IMG/VR virus record: IMGVR_UViG_3300028840_005911
Span: 32,001 to 96,000 of that record
Reading direction: 5' to 3' (one strand)
Length of the DNA: 64,000 nucleotides
From: a virus
The translations under genes and the position numbers were made by a program. Each line of letters starts with the position of its first letter. Within the stretch, counting starts at the first letter, position 1. Under the pieces are notes generated by a model that was given only the letters and a program-made list of their open reading frames with translations, was not told where the DNA came from and made no database searches. This document shows positions 46,867 to 55,482 of the stretch, one piece after another.

Positions 46867-47829
46867 CTAGCTATTGTCTACAGATTCGACCAACCTGTCA
46901 ATGATTTCATCTCGAAGACTGGGGTTTCTCTCAAGGGTCTCGATAGACTGCTTCGTGCCGGTCCCGATCCACCTGCCGTCGAAGTATATCTTGCCCCGGT
47001 CGTTTTCGAGCACTCCATAGGACACGGCCACGGAGACTATGTCATCCTGGAGCTCGATGCCCTTCCCCTTCACTACCCGGACATCCACCCAGCACGACGG
47101 CTTACCCACCAGAGACTTCATCACCTCAATGGACAGGGTGTAGCCTTTGACCCCGATGGGGCTCCTATCGGCCTTGGTGAGCCTCAGAATGGCGCTCATG
47201 AGACTATCGAACCTCTTCAAGTCACTGCGTATCTCCTTGGTGTACGTTTCGTCCTTGTAGGCCGATCTGAGCTGTCTGACCTGTGATGTGAGGACAAGGG
47301 AGCACCCCTTTTTGGCGGACCCCATGTCACTCACTATCTCCTCTACCAAGTCGGCCCAGTCCCAGTAATCGGTCCTATCGATGTGGAGGGCGGATATCGA
47401 ATCGATGACCGCTACGGAGTTCTCCTCTGAGAAGAAGTCCCTCAGGAACTCGAGGAGCTCCTTCTTGGTCTTCCACGGGACCAGTGGCAGGGCATCTAGA
47501 TCCACACCTATCTCTTTGAGGTACCACCCATCCCAGTACTCGGCAGCCACCATGGCTGTCCGATACCCGGTCTTTTGGGCTGTGGTCAGGATATGGCCGG
47601 CCATGAGGGTCTTGCCGGCCGCTGGCCCTCCGTAGATACACGTTGCCCCGGCGGGTAGAGCTCCGCCAAGTAGGATATCCAGACTGAGGATGCCTGTCCT
47701 CGATGACAGGTCGCTGACTATCTGTCTTTCCTCTGTCAATTTGTCAATTTGTCTACCTGACAGGCGCCCAAGGGCTTCTGAAGCCGCCGGGAACTCATCC
47801 AAAAATTGGTCTTCTAGCTTGGAACCCAT
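46867..47829 (-). CDS. Divergent RecA/UvsX-like ATPase
   Basis: TGILSLDILLGG, Walker A GPAAGKT, AAE, Walker B VIDSIS, SQVR; AAGGAGGTG RBS before MGSKLE. Confidence 0.8.
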   Translation of the reverse strand: MGSKLEDQFLDEFPAASEALGRLSGRQIDKLTEERQIVSDLSSRTGILSLDILLGGALPAGATCIYGGPAAGKTLMAGHILTTAQKTGYRTAMVAAEYWDGWYLKEIGVDLDALPLVPWKTKKELLEFLRDFFSEENSVAVIDSISALHIDRTDYWDWADLVEEIVSDMGSAKKGCSLVLTSQVRQLRSAYKDETYTKEIRSDLKRFDSLMSAILRLTKADRSPIGVKGYTLSIEVMKSLVGKPSCWVDVRVVKGKGIELQDDIVSVAVSYGVLENDRGKIYFDGRWIGTGTKQSIETLERNPSLRDEIIDRLVESVDNS

Positions 47830-47855
47830 AGTAATCACCTCCTTTTGTTTCATAT

Positions 47856-47894
47856 TCCTTATAGCAAAAACCCGGTCCGTTTTCGTCATAAGTA
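47856..47894. promoter_or_regulatory. Overlapping divergent promoter pair (degenerate consensus on both strands)
   Basis: Minus: GAAAAC-N13-GCTATAAG; plus: AAAAAC-N13-GTCATAAG. Confidence 0.5.
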
Positions 47895-47936
47895 AATTGT
47901 GGAGAGAAACCTTTACACCCATAGGAGGGAAGACGC

Positions 47937-48782
47937 ATGGAAATGGCAGAACAAGCTCGGAGGGTAATTTCATGTGACGAGGGGGACCTCGAGTCAGTTG
48001 CAGAAGAGCTGGGTATCGATTTCGAGGTGGCCCAAAACACCAGAGAGTACTGGCGTGCGCGAATGGAGGGACGCTGTGTACTGTGTGGGACGGTATCCAA
48101 GACGGAGATGTGCAAGAAGTGTGCGCCAGATGGGGTAGAGCCCCTCGCAGAGTTCCCTGACATCCTCAAGGACATGAACGGGAACAGGACACTGATCTCC
48201 AAGACGTGCTCGGGGTGCAAGAAGACCAGGAATCTACGTGTGCGGTACGTCCTGGACATGCACGAAAAGTACGGATCCAAGTTCTTCAGGAACCCGAAGT
48301 GGCTATGCAAGGAGTGCTTCAGGAAGAAAGCGAAGGAACGGAACCTCAACCTCAAACACCAACCTTTCAAGTGTCTCGAAGGCAAAATAGCCGCGAAAAT
48401 GGAAAAAATCGAGGGCAATACTGGTATAAGAAAAGTGGAAGGAAAGTGCACCCTTAACACCCCCTCTGAGGAGGGGAAGGAGGAAGTCATGGCAGCAACC
48501 GCAACGAAAGCAAGTCCAGTGTCAGAACACTTCGAGGCCGCCCTCGAGAACCTCAAGTCGGACAACGACGAGGTCCGCAAGATGGCACGCGCCGAGTGCC
48601 GTCAGAGCCTGAACTACGTCGAGCAGGGCATGTCCCTGGCTCCGCGCCTCTGCCACAAGGCCGAGTTCAGCACCCCCATCGTGTCCGACATCATCTCGGT
48701 CGGCAAGCCCCTCGCCTACGCCGGCGGCATCTACGCGGGTGTCAAGGGCATCATGACCGTCGTCGAGTGGCTCCGCGCCTGA
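47937..48782 (+). CDS. Zn-finger protein with in-frame nested C-terminal gene (48489-48782)
   Basis: CVLC, CKKC, CSGC, CKEC; internal promoter and RBS at 48404-48489. Confidence 0.6.
   Translation: MEMAEQARRVISCDEGDLESVAEELGIDFEVAQNTREYWRARMEGRCVLCGTVSKTEMCKKCAPDGVEPLAEFPDILKDMNGNRTLISKTCSGCKKTRNLRVRYVLDMHEKYGSKFFRNPKWLCKECFRKKAKERNLNLKHQPFKCLEGKIAAKMEKIEGNTGIRKVEGKCTLNTPSEEGKEEVMAATATKASPVSEHFEAALENLKSDNDEVRKMARAECRQSLNYVEQGMSLAPRLCHKAEFSTPIVSDIISVGKPLAYAGGIYAGVKGIMTVVEWLRA
48404..48432 (+). promoter_or_regulatory. Phage consensus promoter
   Basis: AAAAAT-N13-GGTATAAGAA. Confidence 0.7.
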
Positions 48783-48818
48783 CCCCCTCCTTCCCGGACA
48801 TCTCCGGAAAATCCCACT

Positions 48819-48844
48819 AAAGAGAGCCCACCAGCTCTCTTTTT
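48819..48844 (+). terminator. Hairpin terminator
   Basis: AAAGAGAGC-CCACCA-GCTCTCTTTTT. Confidence 0.7.
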
Positions 48845-48851
48845 AGCCTTC

Positions 48852-48881
48852 GAAAATACGAGCACCTTTCTGGTATAAGAA
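48852..48881 (+). promoter_or_regulatory. Phage consensus promoter
   Basis: GAAAAT-N14-GGTATAAGAA. Confidence 0.75.
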
Positions 48882-48974
48882 CTATGGAGAGGTGACTTTC
48901 TCCTATGGGTGGGCGAGGAGCGGATCCACAACGGACCGCTCCTTTGCCTTACTATTCATCTTCCGGAGGGTACT

Positions 48975-49469
48975 ATGCGAGAATCTTGGGACCGATACTT
49001 CATGAACATCGCCGAGCTCGTATCTACGAGGGCGACCTGCGTGCGCAGGAAGGTCGGCGCGGTCATCGTAAGGGACAAGAACATTTTGGCGACAGGGTAT
49101 AATGGAGCTCCTCGAAGAGTGGAACACTGCACAGACGAGACCTGTCTTAGGCAGAAGCTCAACATCCCATCCGGTGAGAGGCATGAGATTTGCCGGGCCG
49201 TCCATGCCGAACAGAATGCCATCATCCAGGCCGCCCGCCATGGTGTAGCAGTCAATGGCGCGTCTTTGTACATCACAGTCTTCCCGTGCTCCATTTGCGC
49301 AAAGATGATCATCAACTCTGGGATCTCGAAGATCTACTTCGAAGGCGACTATGGAGATGCCAGGTCTACGAGCCAATCGTACGAATATCTCTGGCAGTAC
49401 AGCTCTTGTGAGCTTTACCGGGTTAAAGAGGACGGTACTACCGTACTGACGTTCCCGAAACCCAAGTAA
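48975..49469 (+). CDS. dCMP deaminase (ComEB/deoxycytidylate deaminase family)
   Basis: [22 protein letters not shown]. Confidence 0.9.
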   Translation: MRESWDRYFMNIAELVSTRATCVRRKVGAVIVRDKNILATGYNGAPRRVEHCTDETCLRQKLNIPSGERHEICRAVHAEQNAIIQAARHGVAVNGASLYITVFPCSICAKMIINSGISKIYFEGDYGDARSTSQSYEYLWQYSSCELYRVKEDGTTVLTFPKPK

Positions 49470-49497
49470 AATCCGGCGTGGTCTTCCGATATAAGAA
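49467..49497 (+). promoter_or_regulatory. Phage consensus promoter
   Basis: TAAAAT-N15-GATATAAGAA. Confidence 0.7.
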
Positions 49498-49574
49498 CTA
49501 TGAACAGAAGGGCAGTGCAGCAAAACCGGGAAGGTAGGGCGCTGCAAAAGGTTACGCACCCAAAGGAGGATCAA

Positions 49575-50393
49575 ATGAAAGACTTCAGAGTGAAGGTGAG
49601 AGCCTACAATAATAGGTTGCTCGAGAGGCGGGAAAAGTTAGGACTATCTCAAAAGGCCTTGGCAGCGCAGGCTGGGATACCTGCCGGAGAGTACAACAAG
49701 TACGAGAATATGCGGAAGACGGCGTGGAACCCAAAAAAGAATAACTGGAGGCCGGATGCGGTTAAACTGGCTGCATTCCATGATGTATCCGAGTTCGATC
49801 TATTTCCCGAATCTCTCAAGATGATCGAAGCGCGTCCTGTGGAGATGGAGGTAGATGCCTGCGAGGTAGAGGCCTTGATGGGAGCCTCCATACCAACCCC
49901 ACATAAAGCTCTCGAATCTTCCGACCTGAACACAAAGGTCAGAGAAGTCATCTCTACACTCACCCCAAGAGAAGAAAAGGTAATCAGGGCACATTTCGGG
50001 ATAGGAGAGGATGAGCGGACATTTGAGGAGATCGGTGAAGAATTCGGTGTTGGCAGAAACAGAATACGTCAGATAGAGTGCAAAGCCCTTCGTAAACTAC
50101 GTCACCCACACCGGGCTAAACGTCTGATAGATTACTGTGAAGAAGGACCAGCGCCAAAGCCCAAAGAACCAAAACCTAGACCTCCTACTCCAAAAGAGCT
50201 GGCTCTAGAAAAGTTTCACGCATACGGACACAAAGAACGTAGTATGGGGTGGGCCTATCACTTCCGCTTCAGAAACTTCTATTTTCTGAAGTGCCGAACG
50301 TGCGGACGCAGGGCTTATGCAAAACGGAGAAATGGAAGGATGATGATCTTTGGGGAAGCCCTCAACGTCAAATGTGGTAAGTACCTTCCGTAA
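49575..50393 (+). CDS. XRE-HTH + sigma70 region-4 fusion
   Basis: REKLGLSQKALAAQAGI; LTPREEKVIRAHFGIGEDERTFEEIGEEFGVGRNRIRQIECKALRKLRHP. Confidence 0.8.
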   Translation: MKDFRVKVRAYNNRLLERREKLGLSQKALAAQAGIPAGEYNKYENMRKTAWNPKKNNWRPDAVKLAAFHDVSEFDLFPESLKMIEARPVEMEVDACEVEALMGASIPTPHKALESSDLNTKVREVISTLTPREEKVIRAHFGIGEDERTFEEIGEEFGVGRNRIRQIECKALRKLRHPHRAKRLIDYCEEGPAPKPKEPKPRPPTPKELALEKFHAYGHKERSMGWAYHFRFRNFYFLKCRTCGRRAYAKRRNGRMMIFGEALNVKCGKYLP

Positions 50394-50395
50394 TC

Positions 50396-50474
50396 GGTGG
50401 ATAGCTTGAGAGTTTGTTGGTGGGTCGATTGGACTAGCGAACGGTTAGATGCTGGTTCGCTGGGAAGAGAGCCT
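50396..50474 (+). repeat. G-NNN period-4 tract (18/20 units, one 3-nt unit)
   Basis: ggtg gata gctt gaga gttt gttg gtgg gtc gatt ggac tagc gaac ggtt agat gctg gttc gctg ggaa gaga gcct. Confidence 0.75.
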
Positions 50475-50487
50475 TGTGCTCTCTTTT
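50465..50487. terminator. Bidirectional terminator between convergent genes
   Basis: AAGAGAGC-CTTGT-GCTCTCTTTT. Confidence 0.7.
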
Positions 50488-50490
50488 ACC

Positions 50491-50766
50491 TCAGAGCTGC
50501 GCCTTGAGGGTCGGTGAGGGCCGGAAGCCGACGGTCTTGGAGGCCTTGACCTTGATGATCTCGCCGGTCTGCGGATTGCGGCCCTTGCGGGCCTTGCGCT
50601 TGCGCAGATTGAAGACACCGAAGCCGGCGTAGCTGAAGCGGCCTTCCTTCTTCACCGTCTTGGTGATGGTGCTGAAGACGCTGTCCACGATATCGGTCGC
50701 GGCCTTGGTCGTCATCTCGTACCCCGCCGTCTTCTTGATCTGCTCGATGAATTCCTTCTTGGTCAT
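50491..50766 (-). CDS. hup: Histone-like DNA-binding protein HU
   Basis: MTKKE, GFGVF, RKARKGRNPQTGEII, VGFRPSPTLK. Confidence 0.93.
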   Translation of the reverse strand: MTKKEFIEQIKKTAGYEMTTKAATDIVDSVFSTITKTVKKEGRFSYAGFGVFNLRKRKARKGRNPQTGEIIKVKASKTVGFRPSPTLKAQL

Positions 50767-50862
50767 GTCTGAACTCCTACAAAAGGGTTAAAGAAAACAC
50801 AGGCAGAATAAGCATAGTAGAGACAATAGTCAACAACTTTCGCCAAAATACGGCCATTATTG

Positions 50863-50893
50863 GAAATTCTGGGTGACAGTTTCGGTACAAGAA
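50863..50893 (+). promoter_or_regulatory. Phage consensus promoter
   Basis: GAAATT-N15-GGTACAAGAA. Confidence 0.65.
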
Positions 50894-50942
50894 TACTGAG
50901 GAGGAAATCCGCATTTTAACCAGCCGGGACTGGGAGAAAACC

Positions 50943-51326
50943 ATGAAGAAAGGAGTAGTCAAGATCGTAGAGGCTAAGGAGAAGTTTCCTGGAAAGGTTC
51001 CCGCAGTCGTGTACGCCGCACTGCTGGAACACAAAACAATGGCGGAGAATTTTGACTGGGCCGCTTGGCTCTACAATCCTATTCTTGGCTCGAGGTTCTT
51101 GCTGGACTCTGACGTAAACCGGCAGAACATCCTAAGAAGAACTGAGTACAACCCGTCATTCCACAAGTGGGGATATGTAGACGGGTCATGCGTCATAGTA
51201 CTAGGCGACTCAGAAGACTACGTTCTCACGACACTCGATTCTCTGCTTCCGCATGTAACGGTGCAAACACTGGACATCTGCGAGGAGAGGATGCTCATGA
51301 AACATCTGATGCGGCCGGGAGGCTAG
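50943..51326 (+). CDS. Hypothetical protein
   Basis: GGGAG RBS; between promoter and terminator. Confidence 0.6.
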   Translation: MKKGVVKIVEAKEKFPGKVPAVVYAALLEHKTMAENFDWAAWLYNPILGSRFLLDSDVNRQNILRRTEYNPSFHKWGYVDGSCVIVLGDSEDYVLTTLDSLLPHVTVQTLDICEERMLMKHLMRPGG

Positions 51327-51327
51327 G

Positions 51328-51355
51328 AATAAAGGAGGCTCCGGCCTCCTTTATT
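51328..51355 (+). terminator. Hairpin terminator
   Basis: AATAAAGGAGGC-TCCG-GCCTCCTTTATT. Confidence 0.75.
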
Positions 51356-51360
51356 ACCTG

Positions 51361-51390
51361 TAAAATACTGGACTTTCTCAGGTATAAGAA
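51361..51390 (+). promoter_or_regulatory. Phage consensus promoter
   Basis: TAAAAT-N14-GGTATAAGAA. Confidence 0.8.
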
Positions 51391-51435
51391 AAATGTGAAG
51401 AGATCATCTTAACCACCACAAGGAGGAGGAATCAC

Positions 51436-52692
51436 ATGAACATCGATCTCAACATGTTCGAGAAGGACGAGAAGACGGGACTCTACATCATCGAGGACCA
51501 GGTAGTCCTCGGTATCATCCTGGTCTACGTCATCCAGAAGCTCGGACAGTGCAACGACAACCTGCTGCGGGATACCCTCCGTGACAAACTGGGCATCTAC
51601 GTACGCAAGTGGAAGACCGTCTTCCGCAACGCCCTCAACGCTCTCAAGAAGCTGGACCTCATCGCCATCAACCAGCTCCCCGGAGAGGGGGACGTACAGG
51701 AAGAGCACTACTCCCTGAAGAACGTGGAGTTCGCCTCCCCGCCGCATCTGGCCCACTTCAAGGACGTTCTTCCCAAACTGCTTGCAGACGGGACGTCCGC
51801 AGCTATCAAGGTGGCTTTCGACTCCGGGGAAGAAGCGGAGCCAGGGGAGACCACCAAGCCCAAGAGGGGAGCAAACATCAAAGAGAGCCACGTCTACTCA
51901 GTCCGGTTCGAGAGTGAGGAGAAGTTCCTTGCTGGTAGGTCAATCTGTCCGACCATGAGGGACGGCCTGGAGAAATCTCCGTACCAACCGAACATCGATG
52001 GCTATATCAAGCAGGAAGAAGAAGAGCCCAGGAAGACCAAGAAAAAGAAGGCGGCCGATAGGGCAGACGCTAAGATCGACCGCTTCTTCGAGCGAGCCAC
52101 TGACGGCGGGATCCTGATCCACGGTGGTATCACCAAGGGCATGTTCTGCTCTGCCATACCGCGCTTGTACGGCCTCGCCCCGGCAACCGCGAGGGACAAC
52201 GGCGGGTACCCGTCGATCATCGTCTACCCGAACAATCACGGTATCCAACTGACCACACTTCCGGTCCAGGCCTCCAACGGCAAGTCAGCCGCACCGCAAA
52301 CCTACGAGACAATCATGCCTGGAGAGGAGATCCTGCTCAGGTTCTGGGCCCCGACCAAAGGGTTCCTGGACGCGGACATCATCGTTGAGTATCTCGAGTT
52401 CATCGGCCTCTTCCCAAAACGCACCCTTTCGCCCGGTCGTGGCACCGAGACTGGGAAGATGAGGATGACTCACTTCGTTGACCATGGCCTTGTTCCGGAG
52501 ATATTCGAGAAGCGCAAGAAGAACAGGAAGAAGCTTCCCATAGATGCATACCTCGACTGGGAGTTCGAAAAGGAGACCGGGGTAACGCTCCAAAAAGTCG
52601 GCGGTGCCCCGAAGACTAAGAAGGCCCGCATGCGGGTCGACGGCAACAAGATGCTCCTCTTCAAGACGAAGGGAGACCAGGCTCAGGCGTAG
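51436..52692 (+). CDS. Winged-helix + stand-alone RAMP/Cas7-like protein (Vipr-like)
   Basis: VRFESEEKFLAG; FFERATDGGILIHGGITKGMFCSA; IIVYP...LPVQASNG...YETIMPGEEI; EYLEF...PGRGTETGKM match the motif order of phage solo Cas7-like proteins as I recall them. Confidence 0.65.
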   Translation: MNIDLNMFEKDEKTGLYIIEDQVVLGIILVYVIQKLGQCNDNLLRDTLRDKLGIYVRKWKTVFRNALNALKKLDLIAINQLPGEGDVQEEHYSLKNVEFASPPHLAHFKDVLPKLLADGTSAAIKVAFDSGEEAEPGETTKPKRGANIKESHVYSVRFESEEKFLAGRSICPTMRDGLEKSPYQPNIDGYIKQEEEEPRKTKKKKAADRADAKIDRFFERATDGGILIHGGITKGMFCSAIPRLYGLAPATARDNGGYPSIIVYPNNHGIQLTTLPVQASNGKSAAPQTYETIMPGEEILLRFWAPTKGFLDADIIVEYLEFIGLFPKRTLSPGRGTETGKMRMTHFVDHGLVPEIFEKRKKNRKKLPIDAYLDWEFEKETGVTLQKVGGAPKTKKARMRVDGNKMLLFKTKGDQAQA

Positions 52693-52713
52693 TTCCTCCC
52701 CCTGGGTGCGCCT

Positions 52714-52752
52714 GGAGAGAGGGTGGGTCGCGCATCACCCCACCCTCTCTTT
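52714..52752 (+). terminator. Hairpin terminator
   Basis: GAGAGGGTGGG...CCCACCCTCTC followed by TTT. Confidence 0.75.
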
Positions 52753-52757
52753 AGCCG

Positions 52758-52788
52758 TAAATTTGACGACCCCTTTTGGGTATAAGAA
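52758..52788 (+). promoter_or_regulatory. Phage consensus promoter
   Basis: TAAATT-N15-GGTATAAGAA. Confidence 0.8.
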
Positions 52789-52830
52789 TACTGGAGAAGG
52801 ACAACCTTATATCCATAGGAGGGGAAAGCC

Positions 52831-53193
52831 ATGGATCACGTCAGCAAGCACACCAAAGGAGTCATGAACTCAATCGCCAGGTTCGCTCTCAAGCACCAGG
52901 AGAGAAACGGAATCGAAACGAAGTGGGTCTCCAAGAGCAGGATCCACGTCGTGTTCGGGAAGGAGTTCGGGGTCGACCTGAACACCATCAACTGGACCGG
53001 TGAGATCTATAAGCTCAAGCGCCGCTACGGAAAGTCAATTCGAGAACGTCTCGAGTACATTGTCCCCGGGGCCGATCTCAAGTACGACTTCTACTACCAG
53101 CTGGCAAAGATGATCTGGAGAGATCGCTACAAGAGGAAATTGACGAAGACACCAGGGTCCTGTATCATCGACGATACGTCACACACTTCTTGA
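52831..53193 (+). CDS. Hypothetical basic protein
   Basis: AGGAGGGG RBS. Confidence 0.7.
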   Translation: MDHVSKHTKGVMNSIARFALKHQERNGIETKWVSKSRIHVVFGKEFGVDLNTINWTGEIYKLKRRYGKSIRERLEYIVPGADLKYDFYYQLAKMIWRDRYKRKLTKTPGSCIIDDTSHTS

Positions 53194-53318
53194 CCGGTTT
53201 ACAGCATCCCTGTACCGGTCTACCAAAAATGACAGGTTCCTCCCGAGGGCTTCGCTGGGAGGGTCATTGAACGTGGTGAATGGGGGTCGCCCTCGCCCCC
53301 TAGTAACCGGAGGTCCTC

Positions 53319-53570
53319 ATGTACCAGCTGAAGAAGCACGTGAACCAGACCGTCCGCAAATTTCTTATATCCAAAGGGGCCTATATGCACCCGGAGGCGA
53401 TAAAGAAGCTGAAGAAGTTATCTGCAGACAGGCCGTACAACTACATCTACCAGATCAAGAGAAGATACCGGAAGATAGTGAGGAAGGCTCGCAAGAAATA
53501 CCCGAACATCGTCCACGACTGGATGGCAATCTATTACGCCTACAGGCTAGGGAGAGGAAGATGGACATAG
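53319..53570 (+). CDS. Hypothetical basic protein
   Basis: GGAGG RBS. Confidence 0.65.
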   Translation: MYQLKKHVNQTVRKFLISKGAYMHPEAIKKLKKLSADRPYNYIYQIKRRYRKIVRKARKKYPNIVHDWMAIYYAYRLGRGRWT

Positions 53571-54076
53571 AGAAGAAATTCTATCTGACACAGAGGATAG
53601 AGAAGCAGTGGAATGCTCCTCGGGACGATAAGGAAGGCGTCGACGCTTATTTCGCCTTCGACTACATGGGATCTTCAGAGTTCGAGTGGGGAGCGCTCCC
53701 TAAGGCTCTGCGAGACATGCGCAAGGGCTGGAAGGAAGAAGAGCCAGTCATTGTGAGGATCAACGCATACATCCCCCTGGATGATATTGAAGAAAAAGAT
53801 AATGGGGTCACCTGTCATGTCTGGTTTGTAGGCAATAGAGAAGACCTCGAGGACGCTACTGATTTCTTCAACGACCAACTCACTGATAGGAAGATCCGAA
53901 TCCATGAGAGGACCTGCATGTCACAGGCCTACGGTATCCCTGAGGGGCCATATGACAAGGCATCAAGCTTCTACGACAGGCTGATAGGGTGGTGGGCTCT
54001 GAATGGTCTGATATGTCTCTTCCGGGACGAGGAGGACGCAAAAATCTGGAAAAGGGAGGTTCTCAATGGACAATAA
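53561..54076 (+). CDS. Hypothetical protein
   Basis: GAGG RBS before MDIEKK; FDYMGSSEFEWG. Confidence 0.7.
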   Translation: MDIEKKFYLTQRIEKQWNAPRDDKEGVDAYFAFDYMGSSEFEWGALPKALRDMRKGWKEEEPVIVRINAYIPLDDIEEKDNGVTCHVWFVGNREDLEDATDFFNDQLTDRKIRIHERTCMSQAYGIPEGPYDKASSFYDRLIGWWALNGLICLFRDEEDAKIWKREVLNGQ

Positions 54077-54105
54077 GAAACGTACTGCAAGAGCTGGAGC
54101 TTGCA

Positions 54106-54135
54106 TAAAATCTAGCTGTGAATACGGTATAAGGA
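54106..54135 (+). promoter_or_regulatory. Phage consensus promoter
   Basis: TAAAAT-N14-GGTATAAGGA. Confidence 0.8.
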
Positions 54136-54196
54136 TACTGTAGGAGATCGTTAGGTCTCCATGTTACAATCTCAGCTTCACAAGGAGGGAAATCCC

Positions 54197-54952
54197 ATGG
54201 GTAAGATGCACGAACTGCTGGCAGTCGAGTCAGACCGCGAGGCGGTCTTCAAGAAGGTCGTCACCGAGGCCGGCGATACGTTCCGTAAACGCTCCGACCA
54301 CTTCCTCGGGCACCACAAGACGCTCGAGATGAAGGAAGAGGGCAAGGAGATGGCAGAGGCCGCTGCCGAAGACCACAAGGCCATGGTCACGACTGTCGGC
54401 AAGAAGCTCGACTACGTCTCCAACCCGGTCGTCACATACCTGGACGCGGTCCTGCAGAAGGAATGCACCAACCAGGTGGCGAAAGCCGATCTCGTTCTTC
54501 CGGACGGCACCGTGCTCGGCAAAGACCTGCCGGCCACCTTCTTGCTAGGGCTCGAGTCCAAGCTCAAGTTCCTCCGTCAGATGTACGAGAACATCCCGAC
54601 CTTGTCCCCTGGGACAGAGTGGGTCGCAGATGATCAGATGGGCGAAGGGGTCTACAAGTCCAAGCATCTCGAGACCAAGGCCAAGACGGAGACGACTGTC
54701 GAACACAAGGTCATCGTCGAAGCCACCGAGCACCACCCGGCCCAGATCGGCGAGGCATCCATCACCGAGGTCGTCGGTGTCTTCAAGACCAAGCACTGGA
54801 GCGGGATGATCTCTCCTGCCCGGAAGTCGGAGCTCCTGGGACGGTTGGACGTACTCATGCAGGCCGCCAAGCAAGCAAGGATGAGGGCCAACTCAGCGGA
54901 CACCATCGACAGGAAGATCGGCAAGGAGCTGGTGGACTACATCAACGCATAG
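54197..54952 (+). CDS. Conserved helical protein (recalled as DUF7873-like, unverified)
   Basis: K.HELLAVE, LPATFLLGLE, IPTL, HPAQ, WSGMISP, AAKQARMRAN. Confidence 0.65.
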   Translation: MGKMHELLAVESDREAVFKKVVTEAGDTFRKRSDHFLGHHKTLEMKEEGKEMAEAAAEDHKAMVTTVGKKLDYVSNPVVTYLDAVLQKECTNQVAKADLVLPDGTVLGKDLPATFLLGLESKLKFLRQMYENIPTLSPGTEWVADDQMGEGVYKSKHLETKAKTETTVEHKVIVEATEHHPAQIGEASITEVVGVFKTKHWSGMISPARKSELLGRLDVLMQAAKQARMRANSADTIDRKIGKELVDYINA

Positions 54953-55111
54953 GAGAACAGAGGTTTGACAAGTGGGTCAGCATTGGTGTTCCTGAAGCGG
55001 AGTCCCGGTTTGACACCCGGAACAAGGCCCGCAGACAGGGGTACTGAGCTTCAGAGTGAGCGTCAGCTTATCGAACCCACAGCGTCAATAGCCGTAATAC
55101 AACCCTGATGA

Positions 55112-55244
55112 GGATCTTCTGGCATGAACCACAATCACCGTGGTCGCAGGTTCAAGTCCTGCCATCCCCTCCAACCTATGGGGATGTAGCTCAGTGGTAA
55201 GAGCGACGGGTCGTTGTTGTAACGGTTCTTGGGTAGATGATTCC
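55112..55244 (+). ncRNA. Circularly permuted tRNA-like RNA (YrlA/Y-RNA-like)
   Basis: T arm GCAGG-TTCAAGT-CCTGC, then CATCCCC-TCCA-ACCTAT-GGGGATG, then D arm GCTC-AGTGGTAA-GAGC, closed by a long imperfect stem. Confidence 0.7.
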
Positions 55245-55328
55245 AAGGGTGGCGGCGCTGGGTGACTGGGAGACGATGTGTATCTATGGAGATTTGGCAC
55301 GTCAATGTCTTCCAGTCACTCCATCATT

Positions 55329-55373
55329 AGGGCCGGGAGGCCGCAAATAGCCGGCCTCCCGGCCCTCTCTTTT
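55329..55373 (+). terminator. Hairpin terminator
   Basis: AGGGCCGGGAGGCCG...CGGCCTCCCGGCCCT followed by CTCTTTT. Confidence 0.75.
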
Positions 55374-55482
55374 GAGGAGATTTAATGGGCGATCCAATGT
55401 TCGGGTACATGGTAGGCTCACTGATCGTTATCGTGCTCGTGGTTGTGATCTTCTCCTGTACTCCAGATAGGAGGAGGAAACG

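Noticed and set aside
55112-55244. Permuted tmRNA
   Set aside because: No G3-U70 pair, discriminator is U not A, and no tag ORF was recognised.
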